Source of the DNA: Azolla caroliniana
Lineage: Eukaryota > Plantae > Polypodiophyta
Length of the DNA stretch: 64,000 bases
Assembly: GCA_043228905.1 (NCBI GenBank)
Contig: JBHGNT010000015.1
Location: 5,704,001 to 5,768,000 of the forward strand
Reading direction: 5' to 3'
How positions within the stretch are numbered: the first letter of the stretch is position 1; every line of letters starts with the position of its first letter. The notes beneath the pieces are model-generated. The model saw nothing but the letters and a program-made list of their open reading frames with translations, was not told the DNA's origin and made no database searches. Both the position numbers and the translations under genes were made by a program. Below are positions 59,617 to 64,000 of this stretch, in pieces.

Positions 59617-62600
59617 CTATTCTTCGTCCAAAATATCCAGAATGCTTTGTTCGAGAGTCTCCAATGGTTCATCTGGAATTGGTTGTTGTTGTTGTTGTGG
59701 TTGTTGCTGCTGCTGCGACTGGTCCGTTGGTGGCTGCTGCGGCTGCTCCTCCGTTTGTTGCTCTGACACCGACGTTTCCGTCGTTGCTCCCTCCGTCGTA
59801 GTGGTCTCCGGTTGACTGGTTCCGGCCTGGCCCTCGGCCGGCGACGGTTCCTCATCACTAAGGTTAATCGTTGCCGCTTCCCGTGCTCTTTCTTCCCGAA
59901 CCCGGGACCGCTCGTAGCTCTCAAACTGGATTTGAGCGTCCAACCTATCATCGTCTAGCTGAGCTACGAGTTGCCGGACCTACACCAGCTGTTCATCCGC
60001 CAGGACTTGGAAGTCTTCGGCCAGCTCGTCCCGTATGGCGGTGAAGTCCTCGGAAGTCAACGTGTAACAATCATCTCCTTCCTTTCGCCGGTTTTCCACG
60101 TCTGCTCGTAGTAATTGGAGTTCCACCGTATTTTGTGCGCACTTTGTCCACCATCTTATGGAGCTTTCGTCAATCAAGCGTTTTGTCTGATTCAGCCATG
60201 TCCTGAGGATGCACTGAATCTGGCCCGTTCCCATTTGCGATTTGATCTCCGCAGCTTGCCGTTCCTCCTTTAATTGCTTGATGATTTTGACATTATCTTT
60301 TGCCTGCTCCTTGTAATGCGTCAATTGCCTTTGATATGTGCTTTGTAATTTTTGCAATACCGTTGACGCTCTCTCCCTTTCTTCCTGCTGCTGACTCTGG
60401 AGCTCCATCCGGACCTTCTCCGCCTCGTCCAACCGTCTTGTATTTTCCGCTCGTTCGTCGGCGAGCGCCGTCGCCGCCTGATCAACTTCCTGCCGGAGCT
60501 CGGCTATCCGTTCCTTATGCTCCGTTTCCAGCCGTTTGTAGTCCCGGTGCAGGTGCTCAAAATCATCTGTCTTTTGCTTGAGCCGTACGTTGATTTGTCG
60601 ATGGGCCCGGTCCTCGCGGTCCTTCTGCTGGCGGAGCTCCTCCTTTAGCCGTTCAATTTCCGTTTCCGCCGTCTTCCACAGCTTGTCCCTTTCCTGCAGC
60701 ACTTTGTCTTTTTCCTCCCTTAGCCGGTCGTAAGCTTGATGGCCTTTCCTGAGGCTCTCCTTTGCCCGGCGGAGGTTCTCAACAGTCTTCTTTAATTCTG
60801 CCTCGGCCGCGGTCTTCAATTCCCGTTCATGGCTCCTTAGCGCTTCTTGTGCGACAAGTTCATCTCTCAATTCCGCAAGCTCCTGGGCTTGCGCCGCATC
60901 TCTCTCTGGAATGGTTTTCGTTGTCGGGGTCTTATTAGTATGTACAGGTTGGTCTGGTTCTTTATTCTGTACACTTATCGGAGTCACCGGTGATTGGATC
61001 TGTGTTGCCGTTAAGGCCATTTTGGCCATTTCTGCCGTGACTTGACCCAAGTCTTTTTCAAGGCACCGGATTCTGGACCGGGCCGTCTCTAGTTGTTCGG
61101 TTGTGACGAGCAACCATTCGCTTTGCGCTCTTTCTTCCACCTCAATATACCCCACTGCTCCGGAAATCTGATCGCCTATCCACCGGAGCCACAGGCTACC
61201 GGTGCATTGTTGTTGCGCTTCTACGGCGGTTTGACGGATGGGCTCGCTTGTGGATGGGTGGTCCCGCTTGATTGCGCCGAGTTGCAATTCCGTTTCTGCC
61301 CGTGGACCACCCTGCTGTCTTGGTTCCCCTTGTGCTTCTTCTTGGTTGGCCGAGGGAGGCTGCATTGACCTTTCCGGCTCTGGCGGAATGGGACTTGCCG
61401 GTGGTGCAGGGGCTTCTGATTCCGGTGCCATGCGCACCGGTTCCGGTTCCTCCCTTGGCGTGGGAGTCTCAGTATGGGGAGCCGGTATTCCCTCCGTCTG
61501 AGGGTCCGAACGTTTCCTGGCTGCCTCAATGGTCCTTGCCGACGACCGTCGCTGGAGGTGCTCCGTAGGCTCCTCCTCTCTTTCCTCTTCTTGAGTCCCG
61601 GTATTGAGTTTCGCCGCCAAGGGGTCCGCTTCACTATTCACCGGTCGGTGGAGTGTAATCTTTACGGGCCGTACCAGTGGTTCCTCCTGTGCATCCGTTG
61701 GCCGCTTCCGGCTGACGCTCTCCTTTCCCGCCTGATCTGCGTCCGCCGCCTTCCCCTTAGTAGCCTGAGAGGCCAACAACTGTTGTCTTTTGGACGCAGT
61801 CTTTGGGGTGCCGTCCGCCACTCTTCCCCGCTTCTTGGGCTGGACAGGCTGGACGGGTGGCACAAGCAAGGTGAGCCATTGCGTTACTGCGTGCCATATC
61901 CTCCGTCCGTCTCGGCCTTCTTTGCCGTCTTTTCCTTTGACTATCTCGATCGCCGCACACAAACCGTCTGCGATCAATACCAGCCAATCCACCTTAATCC
62001 CTTCATAGGTGGCGATGATCATCCCTGCCCGGTTCTGCGGCATGACAGGGGGTCTAGGGTACACATGGCCGTATTCGTGGAGCACACGGGCAATCTCGCG
62101 GAACAACATATCTCCGCCGCCCTGTGTCCGGTAGCCCTTGCTGGCTAGGGAGTACTCACCAAAATACTTGATGAGTTGCTCCGAGGTCGGATTGTCAATC
62201 GTGAATATGCCTCCCTCCGGAAGGCCTGTTAATGCACGGATCGCCTCATCTGTTATGACCTCTGTGTCGATTTCTTTGATCACCTTGTCGGCTTCTTTGT
62301 GTGGCGGTGCCTCCATAATCGTCAAGAAGCCCTCGAGCCCGTGTTGCTTTAGCCATTTCTTGGCGGCTTCCGACAGCGTTTGCGGGTCCATGTCTGTGTC
62401 AAGGTCGGATTGTGGTGGCGAGGTTGGATGGTGATGAGAGTGAGAGTGAGAGAGTTCAAAAAGTGGGGGCTCTCTATGCGTAGGTTCTCGTCTGATGATC
62501 TTCCAACGCCTTGGGGCTTCTGTGCTCCTGGGTTCGCGAAAGTAGAGGGTCTCCACGCGCAGTGGTTTTTCTCTGTGCATTCTGGCGCCTTTTTCGAGCG

Positions 62601-62691
62601 TGTGCACGTCGTGTACTAAAATAGCATTATGTCCTATGGCGGCGCTTAAATGCCCACTACGTACCTTTTCGCTCCTCGCTCTCTCATCCAT
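59617..62691 (-). CDS. Additional sense ORF downstream of pol (903 aa, plus ~120 in-frame codons after a TAG at 59980-59982); Pro/Glu-rich middle and long coiled coil
   Basis: Long open frame; ORF 59617-59943 is in the same frame; heptad-like E/K/R/L-rich C-terminal third. Confidence 0.75.
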
Positions 62692-62773
62692 TCATACCTC
62701 GCTTTTGCATGATTACTTCACTTTTTTTTATTATTTTTAAATTTATTTATTTTAATTTTAATGTAGTGTGAGG

Positions 62774-64000
62774 TTACTTGTCCGTTAGCCCTATTGGACC
62801 CTTACCGGCCTCATTACTGTTTGCCGTCGCCTCATTCTCCCCAGTTACCGGCTTGCCGTCTCCTCCATCTTGGTGGTTGCCGTTTCCCTCACAGGTTGCC
62901 GTTTCCGCACCGGTTCCCAATCCGGTGTCGGTTCTTTGCTCAAATGGGTTCTTGGGCATCGGTCCTCTATATGGCTTCAATCTGAATCCGTTGACCCATT
63001 TGCCTAGCACTTTGTCGGCAAGTGTCCCTAACTTGTAGGACCCATTATACTCACGTGTCAGCCAATACGGGCCGGTCCATCTAAACCGTAGTTTACCCAG
63101 CATCTTGCCCATCCGGGTCTGAAATACTAACACCGGCTTGCCGATTTCGAACATTTTTTCATTTCCTTTCCTGTGTCGGTCGACAAATGCTTTCCGTCGT
63201 CGTTGTTCCAATTCTAAGTGCAGGATGCTTGCCAGCCGTTGTTCCTCAAGTTCACACAGCGCTGTTAACCGTATTGCCTCCGACTCCTTCTCGTTCAGCC
63301 GTTCCCGTAGCTGGATCCGTAAGCTTGGTACTTGGAATTCCATCGGCATGATCGCCTCTAGTCTGAATGCTAACCGGAACGGCGTTGTTTGGATGCTCGT
63401 TTTGTATGCTGTCCGGTATGCCCAAAGCGCGCTATGTAGCTTGGTATCCCAATCAGTTCGGTTTTCGTTGACGATCTTCCGGAGGATATTCTGGAGCGTT
63501 TTGTTCGTCGACTCAGCTAACCCGTTTGCTTGCGGATAGTACGGTGTGCTCCGTTTATGGACAACGACATAGAATGTCGTCAGGCTTTCAACTACTTGGC
63601 CGAGAAAGTGCCCCCCTTGGTCGCTTATTAATTCGATTGGGCATCTGTAATGGCACTAGATGTATTCGTATAGAAATTTTGCCGTTGACGCAGCGGTGTT
63701 GTCTCTTAAGGCTTTGGCCTCCACCCATTTCGTGTAGTAATCCGTCGCGACGATGACGTACCGATTACTTGTTCTCATTTCCGGTGGTTTGAACGGTCCA
63801 ACAAAGTTCAGCCCCCACTTCTGGAATGGTTCGAGTGGTAGTACATGCTGGTGTGGCATCTGAGCTTGCTCCGTTGGCTGGCCCATTCGCTGGCACAGGT
63901 CACATTCTTTTGCGTACTGTACAACATCTCTTAATGTAGTTGGCCACCATAGGCCACTTTGCCATATTTTCCTGGCCGTCGCATCTCCGGCATAGTGACC
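62774..64000 (-). pseudogene. Gypsy integrase (HHCC, core, GPY/F) with lesions
   Basis: GHYAG...[46 protein letters not shown]; no chromodomain. Confidence 0.92.

Larger units (their letters stand above)
59127..64000 (-). mobile_element. Non-chromovirus Ty3/gypsy element, 3' half (integrase, extra ORF, 3' LTR 59127-59561)
   Basis: LTR TGTTAC...GTTAACA with minus-strand TATTTAAA and AATAAA; integrase on the minus strand. Confidence 0.88.

Overview
Repeat-dominated land-plant nuclear DNA. It is probably from a fern; this is inferred from the style of the PPR and retroelement sequences and is not proven. Only one intact host gene is evident: a two-exon subgroup-21-type R2R3-MYB (53348-55814). 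Most of the rest is nested Ty1/copia and Ty3/gypsy LTR retrotransposons, two hAT-type MITEs with 8-bp TSDs, LINE remnants, a degenerate tandem tRNA-Gly(GCC) array and a 100-N gap. The most unusual signals are five. (1) A tRNA-Trp-primed gypsy clade with TGTCG...CGACA LTRs appears to make 4-bp target duplications centred on CpG; several of its LTRs carry tRNA-like Pol III A/B-box cassettes, and one copy has a candidate GGAUUUU -1 frameshift after protease. (2) One LTR of that clade is a ~594-bp near-perfect hairpin made of two U5 halves. (3) A gypsy element has a tRNA-Arg 3'-end copy where the polypurine tract should be. (4) A LINE-ORF1 + PPR chimera is bounded by an A-tail and a 14-bp TSD. (5) A terminator-less tRNA-Gly satellite has been invaded by retroelements. 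All calls were made by eye; boundaries without a TSD or TG..CA ends are approximate.
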